From Clostridiaceae bacterium (GTDB lineage Bacteria > Bacillota > Clostridia > Acetivibrionales > DTU013): DNA of 43,995 bases. Where the stretch lies: positions 1 to 43,995 of the forward strand of contig JBDKVA010000039.1 in the NCBI GenBank assembly GCA_039679375.1. The letters run 5' to 3'. Under the pieces are notes generated by a model. It did no database searches and had not been told where the DNA came from. It saw only the letters and a list, made by a program, of their open reading frames with translations. The number at the start of each line of letters is the position of its first letter. The stretch's first letter is position 1. Of the stretch, positions 8,150 through 17,754 are shown in pieces. Position numbers and translations under genes: made by a program.

Positions 8150-8929
8150 TCAGGATATTAATGGAAGAATGGAACCGATATCAGTCACCAGTTCTTCAGA
8201 TAGTTCCAGGAAATGTATCTTTTTCCTTGCAAGAAATGTCGAAACAATTTCAAAGCAGTTTAAATCATTTATTTTACCGTTTATTGCACAAATTTTTTCC
8301 GAAATCATACCGCCAGCCCCCCCGATAAAACCGTAGTTTAACCCGGGCAGCTTTATGGAGCCTCCGAAGTCTGCAAGCAGAACATCAAGGCCCTCCTTTT
8401 GAGCAGCCTTTGCAATACCTGCATCTGAAGTAATGATAGAGTTTTCATCTACAGGCAATATGGAGCATTTGGCATACCCCTGCTCTACATGCACAGCCTT
8501 TATTCCCATTCGGTCAAGCTGTCCGGCTATGACCGGATCCGTATATTTCAGATTATGAAAATATCTTTTTCCCACCCTGGCTACATTATATGCTATATCC
8601 AATGGATAGGAGGGGGAAAGCTCTCGTTCTCCCTTCAAAAGGCTGAAGCCGTAAGCCTTGAGTTCATTTATCAGTGCAGGATCAACCCCTGGCGCAAACA
8701 CAAGAGTCCTTGCGCCAATATGGTGCAGCAGCATGTCCGGATGACTGCATACAGCATCATACAGGCCTTGGTGACGCTTCATTTTTAGCAGCTCCATCCC
8801 CAGACTTTTCAGCTTCTTCTCTGCGGCAATGCCAATGCGCCCGTCAACGATCGCCAGTTTCACCGGCTCCTCGGGAAGGTTTGGATTAATAATGTGTTTC
8901 GTAAGCTTGCCTCCTCGATCATTCATCAT
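8150..8929 (-). CDS. Hypothetical protein, 259 aa, possibly an amidinotransferase/DDAH-like fold (weak)
   Basis: The ORF is long with normal codon usage. I recognised no diagnostic motif. The SD is weak. Confidence 0.5.
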   Translation of the reverse strand: MMNDRGGKLTKHIINPNLPEEPVKLAIVDGRIGIAAEKKLKSLGMELLKMKRHQGLYDAVCSHPDMLLHHIGARTLVFAPGVDPALINELKAYGFSLLKGERELSPSYPLDIAYNVARVGKRYFHNLKYTDPVIAGQLDRMGIKAVHVEQGYAKCSILPVDENSIITSDAGIAKAAQKEGLDVLLADFGGSIKLPGLNYGFIGGAGGMISEKICAINGKINDLNCFEIVSTFLARKKIHFLELSEELVTDIGSILPLIS

Positions 8930-9195
8930 CCATAACTTTACACCGCCCTTTTTCCGGTGTCAATCGGCATACAAATTTTCCATAAATATCAGACACATAT
9001 ATGGCAAGTTCTACATAATATACAAGGTATCCATGACTGAAGTAAATCCGTTTCACTACTAACTGGCGTCTGCCGCGGCTGACACCGGTTATTTAAATAA
9101 AAGGCACGGGAGTATCATGCTCCCGGCCTTTTTGTCGGATTACACATGGTTTGTTTTCCATTATTTGTATTAAAGTATTTTTTTATTCACTTTAA

Positions 9196-9292
9196 GGATC
9201 GTTAAAATATAACTTCCGCTAAACTTTTTCGAGGAACTGCACTAACCGCTCCATTCCTCAAAAAAGAATCGGAAGTAATATTTTAGCCGACC
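9196..9292. repeat. Interspersed structured repeat family A, short copy (~97 nt)
   Basis: This copy shares the termini and core of the 969-1159 copy but lacks its two internal hairpin-bearing segments. It sits 34 nt upstream of the DUF1540-like gene. Confidence 0.7.
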
Positions 9293-9325
9293 TTTAGGTA
9301 TAATAAAAAATAAGGAGGATACTTT

Positions 9326-9499
9326 ATGACAACGATTAATTGTTCCTCAGACTGCAAACATCAGCATGATGGCAAATGCACTTACGAAAATGCTTGTTTT
9401 AAAGTATTGTCTGTTGAAACGGATTGCATTTTTTATGAAAAAAAATTGCAAAAATCAAGCCCTGGTTTTATTTGTAAGCCGTCAAATGAATTATTATAA
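9326..9499 (+). CDS. Small Cys-rich protein (57 aa), DUF1540-like
   Basis: This ORF is not in the supplied track because it is under 60 aa. It has the perfect SD AAGGAGG 8 nt upstream of its ATG. The translation is MTTINCSSDCKHQHDGKCTYENACFKVLSVETDCIFYEKKLQKSSPGFICKPSNELL. Confidence 0.5.
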   Translation: MTTINCSSDCKHQHDGKCTYENACFKVLSVETDCIFYEKKLQKSSPGFICKPSNELL

Positions 9500-9550
9500 A
9501 ACGAAAGGAAATAATAGAATTTATCTTCATATGGAAAGGAGTTGTTGCAA

Positions 9551-9784
9551 ATGAATAGGACACCGCTGGACAGGCTTGCATTGGTACTGGTGATCATTGG
9601 AGCGCTTAACTGGCTGCTTGTAGGAATATTTGGATACGATCTGGTAACCTCTATTTTTGGCGGCAATTTATTTAATGGAACCATGTCGGTATTCAGCAGA
9701 ATTATCTTCGCCCTGGTTGGAATTTCAGGTTTATACGCGATCACTCTATTATTCAGGGAAAGCCCGGCAAATGCAAGAGAGTAA
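9551..9784 (+). CDS. DUF378 family small membrane protein
   Basis: The segment LVLVIIGALNWLLVGIFGYDLV is the DUF378 signature. I chose the ATG at 9551, which lies 10 nt after the SD GGAAAGGAG. The track begins at a TTG at 9542. Confidence 0.75.
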   Translation: MNRTPLDRLALVLVIIGALNWLLVGIFGYDLVTSIFGGNLFNGTMSVFSRIIFALVGISGLYAITLLFRESPANARE

Positions 9785-9890
9785 CTTATGTAACATTAAT
9801 TACCGTAATAAAATAATAGACTTTAGCAAATCATAAGAATACGCTGAAAAGAAATAATTACAGCGAATACAAACGAGGAGGGAACTATAT

Positions 9891-10082
9891 ATGTCAAATA
9901 ACAGAAGCAAAACATCATTTGACAACATGAAGTATGAAATAGCCAACCAGGTAGGTGTTAACCTCAAGCAGGGCTATAATGGCGACCTCGCATCGAGAGA
10001 CGCCGGTAAAATCGGTGGAAATATAGTGAAACGGGTTTTTGAATCCTTTACCGGGAACACTTATCCGATTGAAAAGAAGTAA
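9891..10082 (+). CDS. Small acid-soluble spore protein, alpha/beta type
   Basis: The motifs KYEIANQVGVNL and SRDAGKIGGNIVKRV match the alpha/beta-type SASP germination-protease and DNA-binding motifs. The SD GAGGAGGG lies upstream. Confidence 0.85.
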   Translation: MSNNRSKTSFDNMKYEIANQVGVNLKQGYNGDLASRDAGKIGGNIVKRVFESFTGNTYPIEKK

Positions 10083-10119
10083 TATCGGTTTTAAAGCAGC
10101 ATATAGCATAACGAAGTAA

Positions 10120-10160
10120 ACACAAGGGCTGTCGATTGATCGGCAGCCCTTGTGTTTTAT
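10120..10160 (+). terminator. Rho-independent terminator after the SASP gene
   Basis: The stem is acacaagggctg / cagcccttgtgt and is followed by tttat. Confidence 0.6.
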
Positions 10161-10295
10161 ATGAACTTTACCTTCACACCGCTGGATTTCCACGTCGTCA
10201 GCGCTCCTCGGAATGACATCCTTTTATATAATGTTTGTATATCATTAGTATAAAACTTTCTGTAGTCAAATATCATTAAGTAAAGGAGGCTTGTT

Positions 10296-10580
10296 ATGCA
10301 TATAGGACTTTATGGAATGATTCTTGTATTCATTGTTCTATTCATGCTGTATATACCCGACATTTTTCCGAAATGCTCTTGCTGCCGCAAAAAGAAGTTA
10401 AGGCCGTTTTTCCGTATACATCGGGCTGTCAGCATCAATCCGGGTTACGGCGGCAGCCGTTCCGTCTGCACAAAATGCTGCAGAAAATATAATATAGAAG
10501 ATTTAAAAGATTTGGACCATCTGATCCTTGTTCAGAAGAAACTCAAGCTGGATTCCCTGGTAAAAAATCCGCTTTTATAA
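10296..10580 (+). CDS. Hypothetical small membrane protein with CxCC / CxxCC motifs
   Basis: The SD AAAGGAGG lies upstream. There is an N-terminal TM segment followed by KCSCCRKKK and VCTKCCRK. Confidence 0.4.
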   Translation: MHIGLYGMILVFIVLFMLYIPDIFPKCSCCRKKKLRPFFRIHRAVSINPGYGGSRSVCTKCCRKYNIEDLKDLDHLILVQKKLKLDSLVKNPLL

Positions 10581-10583
10581 AAC

Positions 10584-11609
10584 CTATCCAAGCATTCTGA
10601 ATATCATTCGAGGAATGTTTTCCAATGAGGCCTGTTTTTCTACCGCTCCAATGTTATACGCAACTTTTGGCATCCCATATACTACCGAGGATTGTTCATC
10701 CTGTCCGATTGTCCTTGCTCCCGCCTTTTTCATGGCAAGCAGCCCTTTCGCCCCATCATAGCCCATACCTGTAAGAATTACTCCGACCGCTTCGCCGCCT
10801 GCTTCTCTGGCCACCGAATCAAAAAGGACATCCACAGACGGACAATGCCCATTTACCCTGTCGCCTTTGAAACAGTGCACCTTATATTGGTCTCCGATCC
10901 GCACGATCTTCATATGACTATCACCTGGAGCGATCAGCACGCGCCCTCTTGCAACAAAATCTCCTGTTTTTGCTTCTTTTACATCCAGATTGGTTGAACT
11001 ATTCAGCCTTTCGGCGAACATCCGCGAAAAAACAGGGGGTATATGCTGTACAATAACGATCCCGGGCGTATTGACAGGCAGACTCTTTACGACGCTGTAA
11101 ATAGCCTCCGTTCCGCCTGTCGAAGCGCCGATGGCTATAATTCTAGACGGATTCTGCTTCTCATCAAACGCGACCTTGCCCTGGAGATTATTGTCTCGTT
11201 CAGGTATTATCCTGGCTGATGAGGCAATCTTCACTTTTTCGATCATTTCATTTACAAAATTTTCAACGCTTGCTGCGGACTTTACATCAGGCTTAGCCAC
11301 AAAATCGACCGCTCCTGCATCAAGCGCGTCAAACACCGCTCCGTTGACCGAGCTGACGATAATTACAGGCAGAGGGTATTGCGGTATAAGCCTCCGGATA
11401 AACTCGATACCGTTCATCTTTGGCATCTCTACGTCACAGGTCATTACATCGGGCTTGTATTCAATGATCTTGTCCCTTGCATCATAAGGGTCAATCGCGG
11501 TTGCAACAACCTCAATATGTTCATCGGAGGAAATCCCTCTTGACAGTACTTCCCTGAACACAATACTGTCGTCCACCACCAGTACTCTTATCTTTCTTCC
11601 CTGCTGCAT
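10584..11609 (-). CDS. cheB: Chemotaxis response regulator protein-glutamate methylesterase CheB
   Basis: There is an N-terminal REC domain (KIRVLVVDDS) and a C-terminal CheB methylesterase domain (GASTGGTEA..VQHIPP..H..D). Confidence 0.9.
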   Translation of the reverse strand: MQQGRKIRVLVVDDSIVFREVLSRGISSDEHIEVVATAIDPYDARDKIIEYKPDVMTCDVEMPKMNGIEFIRRLIPQYPLPVIIVSSVNGAVFDALDAGAVDFVAKPDVKSAASVENFVNEMIEKVKIASSARIIPERDNNLQGKVAFDEKQNPSRIIAIGASTGGTEAIYSVVKSLPVNTPGIVIVQHIPPVFSRMFAERLNSSTNLDVKEAKTGDFVARGRVLIAPGDSHMKIVRIGDQYKVHCFKGDRVNGHCPSVDVLFDSVAREAGGEAVGVILTGMGYDGAKGLLAMKKAGARTIGQDEQSSVVYGMPKVAYNIGAVEKQASLENIPRMIFRMLG

Positions 11610-11618
11610 CGTATCACC

Positions 11619-12470
11619 TCATTCTTTTCTGTAAACTGCTGGCATAAGGTACTTGTACTTCGTCTCATCGCGGTTCAGCGACTCTGAATGGCCTATAAAC
11701 AAATAACCTCCCGGTTCCGTAAAATCATAAAACTTATTCACCAGCTTATTCTTTGTCGGCGAATCAAAATAGATCATTACATTTCTGCAGAAGATCACAT
11801 TAAACTTTCTCTTGAAAGGGAAGACCTCATCCATCAGGTTGAACTTTCTGTAAATCACTTCATTTTTTAATTTATCCACGATAACGTAGTGTTCGCTGTC
11901 ACACTTTTTAAAATAACTGTTTTTCCAGTGAACAGGAATATTTGCCAGCGCCTCATTTTCGTATTTCCCCTGCTTTGCCGTGTCCAGGACTTTACTCGAA
12001 ATGTCCGTAGCCAGTATTTTTGTATCCCACCACTTTTTTTCGAGCCCGAAATAATCCTCGATGATCATTGCCAGAGTATAGGGCTCTTCCCCGGATGAAC
12101 AGCCGGCGCTCCATATCCTGAGGTCCTTTTCCTTTGCCTTGCCTGCAAGGTATGGCAGTACGGTATCTCTGAAAAAGTGGAAATGATCTGCCTCCCTCAT
12201 AAAAAAGGTATGGTTGGTCGTTATTTTATTGATCAGGGTGGCTGCCGCATTACCGGTTTTATCGGATATGACGTAATCGAAATATTCCGAGAAGCTTTTA
12301 AAATTATTCTGCATAAGCACATTATGCAGCCGGCCGATTACCAAAGCCCGTTTTTCTTCCTTCAGGTTGATGCCGTAATTTGCCTTGATATACTTCGACA
12401 GCTGCCAGAATTCCTTATCGGTAATAGTAAAATCCTGAACAGATTGTCTATTATAATTCTCTGTCTGCAT
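11619..12470 (-). CDS. cheR: Chemotaxis protein methyltransferase CheR
   Basis: A CheR N-terminal helical domain is followed by a SAM-dependent methyltransferase domain (RIWSAGCSSGEEPYTLAMII..IFCRNVMIYFD). Its stop lies 10 nt upstream of the cheB start. Confidence 0.9.
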   Translation of the reverse strand: MQTENYNRQSVQDFTITDKEFWQLSKYIKANYGINLKEEKRALVIGRLHNVLMQNNFKSFSEYFDYVISDKTGNAAATLINKITTNHTFFMREADHFHFFRDTVLPYLAGKAKEKDLRIWSAGCSSGEEPYTLAMIIEDYFGLEKKWWDTKILATDISSKVLDTAKQGKYENEALANIPVHWKNSYFKKCDSEHYVIVDKLKNEVIYRKFNLMDEVFPFKRKFNVIFCRNVMIYFDSPTKNKLVNKFYDFTEPGGYLFIGHSESLNRDETKYKYLMPAVYRKE

Positions 12471-12667
12471 GTCGTCCCCCGGTAAGCTTTGATTTACTTC
12501 ATCAATTAATCATAGCACAAAATAAGTATATCATTGTTTATAAAGGGAAATCAAGGCTTGAGTTATGTCATACATTATGACTGTTTTGCGTCCGGTTATC
12601 AGATGGTTCTATCCACTAATCATGCGTATTAGCCACATTGTTTGGGTTTGATAAGCATACGCAAACA

Positions 12668-13654
12668 TTATTGCTTTTCATTATAATTTTTATTTAAATA
12701 ATCTACCGCCTTTCCTATATCCACAACTCTAGTGCACACAAGCTTTTTATTAAAATTTGGATCAAAGTAATCCATTTTATAACTTGTTTTAATGAGGATA
12801 TCTTTATATTCTTTTGGTGTGAGTTCATTATTTATTGACTTAAGTATAGCGATGAATCCTGCTGTTACTGGGGATGTAGATGAGTAAGAAAAAAATGGTA
12901 CATCATTTCCGCTTTTAGCAGCCTCTTTTTGTAAAGTAAAGTTTATATAAAGGTCAGTAAAAAGAATATTATAGTCGTAACTAAATATATTAAGATCCGG
13001 TGATCTGGATTTACCTCTTTGTGCTAGTGGAAACATTGCACTGGGATAGATATTATCGGGATTATCATAATTGATAAAAGTTGTCACAATACCCTGTTTT
13101 ATTGCATTATTAACAGCAATATCAAGCTGTTTACGATTATTTTCAGATATCTCCGTACCGGAATAAGTTAAAATATCGATTTTATTTTCTATAGCCCAAT
13201 CAATAGCTTTTATCATATTATTAATTTTTTCGTCTTCATTATATGATTGTATATTCAAAGCATACACTGTGCAATCCGGTGCAATTTCTTTGAGTACATT
13301 TGTCATCCAATATCCATGTTCTTCTCTGTCATCTGTCTTACCACAGAAATTTACTCCTCCTGCATAAATATCACGGTGTTTTTCATATGCATATGATGTA
13401 TCCATGATTCCAACCTTAATACCTTTTCCTTTACTTACATCGTGAGCGGAGGATACATTATGTATGGAGAAATAAGTGTCTCTTGAATTTGCGTTATTAA
13501 ACATAATTGTGCGCGGGTTATACTGTGAGATCGGAATAAATGATGTATTATCAACTGCTTTAAGTTGAGTAAATAAATAAATACTTATAACAGCTAACAT
13601 CAAAGTTAAGCAAGATAAAATAATTAATAATTTCTTATTAATACTTTTTGACAT
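12668..13654 (-). CDS. Membrane-anchored subtilisin-like serine peptidase (S8 family), AT-rich gene
   Basis: There is an N-terminal signal-anchor helix. The S8 triad appears in canonical order and spacing: D (GIMDTS), H (EEHGYWMTNV) and S (SSTSPVTAG), with an oxyanion Asn (AVNNAIKQG). The SD GGAGGAG lies upstream. It sits 47 nt downstream of the ABC ATPase gene in the same operon. GC content is visibly lower than in its neighbours. Confidence 0.65.
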   Translation of the reverse strand: MSKSINKKLLIILSCLTLMLAVISIYLFTQLKAVDNTSFIPISQYNPRTIMFNNANSRDTYFSIHNVSSAHDVSKGKGIKVGIMDTSYAYEKHRDIYAGGVNFCGKTDDREEHGYWMTNVLKEIAPDCTVYALNIQSYNEDEKINNMIKAIDWAIENKIDILTYSGTEISENNRKQLDIAVNNAIKQGIVTTFINYDNPDNIYPSAMFPLAQRGKSRSPDLNIFSYDYNILFTDLYINFTLQKEAAKSGNDVPFFSYSSTSPVTAGFIAILKSINNELTPKEYKDILIKTSYKMDYFDPNFNKKLVCTRVVDIGKAVDYLNKNYNEKQ

Positions 13655-13701
13655 TTATTAAGACTCCTCCATTTTGCAAAGTTTCAATCATATTATTAAA
13701 C

Positions 13702-14379
13702 TTATTGTTTTAGTATTTCATTCATTAATATAGCGCCGTCCATCATTCTGTACATTACATCTGCAGCTTTGGCTACGTCCAAATCGTGTGTTACTACTAT
13801 AACGCAATACCCATCCTCATGCGCGAGCTTGCCGAGTATCGCCATGACGTTTTCAGTATTAGCGACATCAAGGTTTCCGGTAGGCTCGTCGGCAAGCAGG
13901 ATTTTTGCCCCCGACGCAAGGCTTCTCGCGATCGCAACGCGCTGCTGCTCACCACCCGACAGGTTCGAAGGGAACCGTTTCATCTGCTCCGGAGTGATGC
14001 CCACGTTAAGGAGGAGCTTTTCCGCTCTCGGCTTTGCCTCCCTGGGATGTATGCCGTTGAGTTCCATGGGATAGCAAACATTCTCAACAACAGTGAGCAG
14101 CGGGAAGAGTTGGAACGCCTGGAATATCATCGAGACCTTCTCTCTGCGGTAACTGTCAAGATCAAGTTTTTTGAGGCTGGTTTCTCCTAACAGTATTTCA
14201 CCCTCGGACGGAGAGTCAAGCCCAGCCAGCATGGAAAGAAGCGTCGATTTTCCCGAACCGCTCGGTCCCATGATCGCATAGAGCTTTCCCGGTTCAAAAC
14301 CGCAACTCACCTGATTTACCGCCGGTGCGGCAGAATTTTTATACCTGTATGTGACTTTCTCCAGAATCAGGTTTGACAT
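13702..14379 (-). CDS. ABC transporter ATP-binding protein (MacB/LolD/FtsE-like)
   Basis: It carries Walker A GPSGSGKST, the Q-loop, the ABC signature LSGGEQQRVAIARSL, Walker B LLADEPTGNLD and an H-loop. Confidence 0.9.
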   Translation of the reverse strand: MSNLILEKVTYRYKNSAAPAVNQVSCGFEPGKLYAIMGPSGSGKSTLLSMLAGLDSPSEGEILLGETSLKKLDLDSYRREKVSMIFQAFQLFPLLTVVENVCYPMELNGIHPREAKPRAEKLLLNVGITPEQMKRFPSNLSGGEQQRVAIARSLASGAKILLADEPTGNLDVANTENVMAILGKLAHEDGYCVIVVTHDLDVAKAADVMYRMMDGAILMNEILKQ

Positions 14380-14409
14380 AAATTATACCCCCAAGCATAT
14401 GATTTTTTA

Positions 14410-17400
14410 CTATTCTTTTACCTGCAAAAGTTCCAGCACGTTACGGCGTGTCGCAATTGCGGAACAGGTCAAAGCGCCGGCAAGGCAGCCTGCAAAGTAT
14501 ATCACAGCAAACAGATGCATCTTCGGCGCAATTTCTGCGAAAACAGGTCCATTGTAAAGCAACAGCCCGCATGCTCCTGCCGCCAGTCCGATTATGCAGA
14601 GGGTTGTCTGTTCGATCGCCAAAATAACGAGAGTAAGCCGTCTTGTCGTTCCAAGCACTCTCATTATGGCAGCCTCCTTTGCTGCTTGGATTATGATCAA
14701 GCCGCCGAGAAGGCCTCCTATCAGCACCGCTGCCGCTGCAACTACCGGAAACAGTTTTTCTAAAAGTCTTAATGTATTTAGCAGATTGTCAATTTTACTT
14801 GTGTCCATAATGAAAGTAATGCGATTTGATAAATGTTTTCCAGCGCTTTCTCCGGTTACCATTCCGGCATAGCTGCGGAATTCATCCGCACGCAAGTTAT
14901 CGGCCAGCGTAAACTCCGCAAGGTCAAGCGGAGCTTCAAATCCGAATATCATAGATGTCCTAAGAGTTCCGGGAGTAAAAACTATCCTGTCATATTTACC
15001 CGAAGGGGTTGTGACAGATCCCGCTATCGTATAATATAATCCTTCATCCATATACTTTTTCTCTATTTCATCTTGATATAACTCCAGTATTTTTTCATCC
15101 AATATTGCTTCTTCAGGATGTTCTGACCTATATTTATTGATATATGAGGATTGTAGATTATTTAGGATCCATGTTCCGGTAACATGAACCTTGTCACCCG
15201 GCTTGAGACCATTCTCTTCCAAAAATTTGCCGCCTGCAATACAGACCTTGCCCAATTCCTTCATACAGGACGCATCGTATCCTTCGGCATAGGCTATTTC
15301 TGCTTCTTCGCCAGTGTAACGTTCTATATCGCTTGTTATAATCAGGTCTGTCCTGGAAGTATTAAAATTAGCAGAATTTCTATATTCGTAATAAGGATCA
15401 ATTACATAACCGGTATTCGTAATCTGTGTAATAGCAGTAAGGGATAACCCGTTTATAAACTTTGCTGTTATAACTGTGCTGTTGCATAAATGAATATAGG
15501 ACTGCCGCATGACCGCAAACTGCCCGACAGCTCCGAATAAAAGAGCTGGCAGTATAATCGACAGCATCGATTTTACTGCAGCCCGCCGAATATGTCTTGT
15601 GATATAACGCAGGACATGCCCGCAGACTCTATTAAAATTGGTCTTTCCTGTCATTTCTCCGGGAGCAGCAGAAATAGAAGCATTCACCATTGAAACATCA
15701 GGAGCAGGGGAAACAGGAGGATGTAACTCCATACTGACATTCGGGACATTTGAATCGAATGTTCCGGAAAGAGCCGCAGATTCTACATAAGCTTTTGTTT
15801 CAGCGTATACCGGCTTTCTATCATCTTGCATACTCTTATTGCTTTGCGCCTGTTTACCGCCACGCGCCTTTCTATTTTGGCTGTTCTGCAAAAGCATAAG
15901 CGGAGGGATGGCGCTTATACGCCTCAGCTCGAATAATGAGAATAATAGCACAAGTAATATTTCGCCTATTATACATCCGGCAGCTGCTGTCAGCGGTATG
16001 GCCGTGTTAACTGCATACCCTTCTATTATTGAAAGGGTATCATTCCCGGCAACGGTATTTGTTGTATAAATCCATGCCGCACAGCTTCCCACGAGTACAG
16101 CAAGTACCGATACGATCATCAGCGGAAGTATGAGAGCCCTTGCCGACACATTTTTCGTTGTACCGAGCGCACGCATTATCGCATACTCTTTTTTCTTTCT
16201 TCCGATAAATAAGAAAACAATAAACCCTGTTGCTACGATAACTGCTCCGGAAAAAACAAGAATTGCAATGTTGGAAAGCTTCATTGACATATTAAATTGT
16301 TCAATAATGCCAGTCCAGCCATCATCATAAAAGATCAGCTTGAGTCCCATTTTTTCGAATGTGTGAGCTTCCTTTCCGATATTTTCGATAAAAGAAGGTA
16401 TATCCCAGGCATTTCCCACTGTAAAACTGAATTCACCCGGTGAAAACACATGACCGTCCTGATTGCTTTCATCCAGCGGAAGCAATGATTTTGGAACAAA
16501 AACAGTGTTTACGGAGTAGCTCCAGTGAGGCTTCTGTAATTGACTCCCCTTACCGTCGGCGTCCATATATATACCAACAATTTCAAGCTCCGCCGTCTCA
16601 TCCGGAGGCGAATACCTTTCATAAGTTGCAGCAACAGCTCCGAGTCCTTTATACTGTTCGAACAGCTCCGTACCAAGCTTCAAAGTAATCTTATCACCTA
16701 ATTCAAGGCTATTTTGGGCGGCAAATTGATTGCTTACTACGCAGACATTTGATTTATTCAAGCTGTCCTCCATTGTCAGTTCACGCCCATTTATCACTGC
16801 CATGTTACCTTCAGCGAACCGCATGATAGAGGACATATCATCTGTATAAACAACATCAAATGTATGCAGATCGGAGTCTGTCAGCTCAATGAGTTCACGA
16901 AGCGGCGCAAACTGTTCGGCTTCAATATAGTTTCCATGCTGCCCTTCAATCGGCTGAACCGCTTCACACCATGGATTTACCAGGTGATCACTTAGGAAAA
17001 ACCGTATTGGATCAACCAGCAGTTCAAATCGCCCGACAAATACATACCTGTTGCCTACAGTAAGGTTCTTTACGTATTCAGTATCACATAAATAGCTATC
17101 ATCATACATTATTAATGTTCTGGATCCGCCAAATCCGCCGCCTGTATATTGTTTAAATTTTTTAGTGTAGGCATGTATTGTAATTTTTTTATTTTCGGGA
17201 AAGCAGGAAGGATCCCCTGCCAGAAGAGTACAATCATTTAGTGCTAATTCATTATAATTATCTCCAAAATATAGTACATTGTATTTTACTTCTGACAATG
17301 TACCCTCAATAACGAAGCGTGCCGTGTAGTTATAATAGTCCTCTCCCTCGTCCAAACGGTAATATTTATCGGAAACACCGGCTGTCATATAGCGGGTACT

Positions 17401-17754
17401 TGAGGCTGTTATATACGGAAGCTCCAATATGAAATCAATTTGTTCCTGTGATAATGGCTGATACCGAAATTTATTAAGATAATTTTCCCGTGCCTCTTCG
17501 GAATAATACTTTGACAGGCGCGGGTCTGCCTTTATATAGAAAGGTTGCCCAGGATATGACTCCAAAGCTGGTACGAGCTCCGCAGAGCCTATGCCGCGGT
17601 ACTCCTGAGCTGCATTTTTGATCTCACGGTTCGTTATTGAATATTCCGCAACACGCGAAAAAAGCGCGAATGTCACCGCGGCAAGCAAAAAAAAGGTAAG
17701 CAGCGTCTTGAACGGGGTACGAAATAGTGTTTTAATTGACAGCGAAGGTCTCAT
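14410..17754 (-). CDS. ABC transporter permease with duplicated FtsX-like domains (1114 aa, MacB-type) and large extracytoplasmic domains
   Basis: There are two 4-TM FtsX-like C-terminal modules (..IMRALGTTKNVSARALILPLM.. and ..IMRVLGTTRRLTLVILAIEQ..). Each is preceded by a large soluble domain. A low-complexity S/P/A-rich linker lies in the middle. Confidence 0.8.
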   Translation of the reverse strand: MRPSLSIKTLFRTPFKTLLTFFLLAAVTFALFSRVAEYSITNREIKNAAQEYRGIGSAELVPALESYPGQPFYIKADPRLSKYYSEEARENYLNKFRYQPLSQEQIDFILELPYITASSTRYMTAGVSDKYYRLDEGEDYYNYTARFVIEGTLSEVKYNVLYFGDNYNELALNDCTLLAGDPSCFPENKKITIHAYTKKFKQYTGGGFGGSRTLIMYDDSYLCDTEYVKNLTVGNRYVFVGRFELLVDPIRFFLSDHLVNPWCEAVQPIEGQHGNYIEAEQFAPLRELIELTDSDLHTFDVVYTDDMSSIMRFAEGNMAVINGRELTMEDSLNKSNVCVVSNQFAAQNSLELGDKITLKLGTELFEQYKGLGAVAATYERYSPPDETAELEIVGIYMDADGKGSQLQKPHWSYSVNTVFVPKSLLPLDESNQDGHVFSPGEFSFTVGNAWDIPSFIENIGKEAHTFEKMGLKLIFYDDGWTGIIEQFNMSMKLSNIAILVFSGAVIVATGFIVFLFIGRKKKEYAIMRALGTTKNVSARALILPLMIVSVLAVLVGSCAAWIYTTNTVAGNDTLSIIEGYAVNTAIPLTAAAGCIIGEILLVLLFSLFELRRISAIPPLMLLQNSQNRKARGGKQAQSNKSMQDDRKPVYAETKAYVESAALSGTFDSNVPNVSMELHPPVSPAPDVSMVNASISAAPGEMTGKTNFNRVCGHVLRYITRHIRRAAVKSMLSIILPALLFGAVGQFAVMRQSYIHLCNSTVITAKFINGLSLTAITQITNTGYVIDPYYEYRNSANFNTSRTDLIITSDIERYTGEEAEIAYAEGYDASCMKELGKVCIAGGKFLEENGLKPGDKVHVTGTWILNNLQSSYINKYRSEHPEEAILDEKILELYQDEIEKKYMDEGLYYTIAGSVTTPSGKYDRIVFTPGTLRTSMIFGFEAPLDLAEFTLADNLRADEFRSYAGMVTGESAGKHLSNRITFIMDTSKIDNLLNTLRLLEKLFPVVAAAAVLIGGLLGGLIIIQAAKEAAIMRVLGTTRRLTLVILAIEQTTLCIIGLAAGACGLLLYNGPVFAEIAPKMHLFAVIYFAGCLAGALTCSAIATRRNVLELLQVKE

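Noticed and set aside
8113-8328. A 71-aa plus-strand ORF
   Set aside because: It overlaps the 3' end of the 259-aa minus-strand gene and has no SD.
9433-9744. A 103-aa minus-strand ORF
   Set aside because: It overlaps the SD-initiated DUF1540-like and DUF378 genes in antisense and has no family resemblance.
14515-16688. A series of 60-90-aa plus-strand ORFs inside the permease gene
   Set aside because: All are antisense to a 1114-aa ORF with clear FtsX topology. Their composition is low-complexity. They are shadow ORFs.
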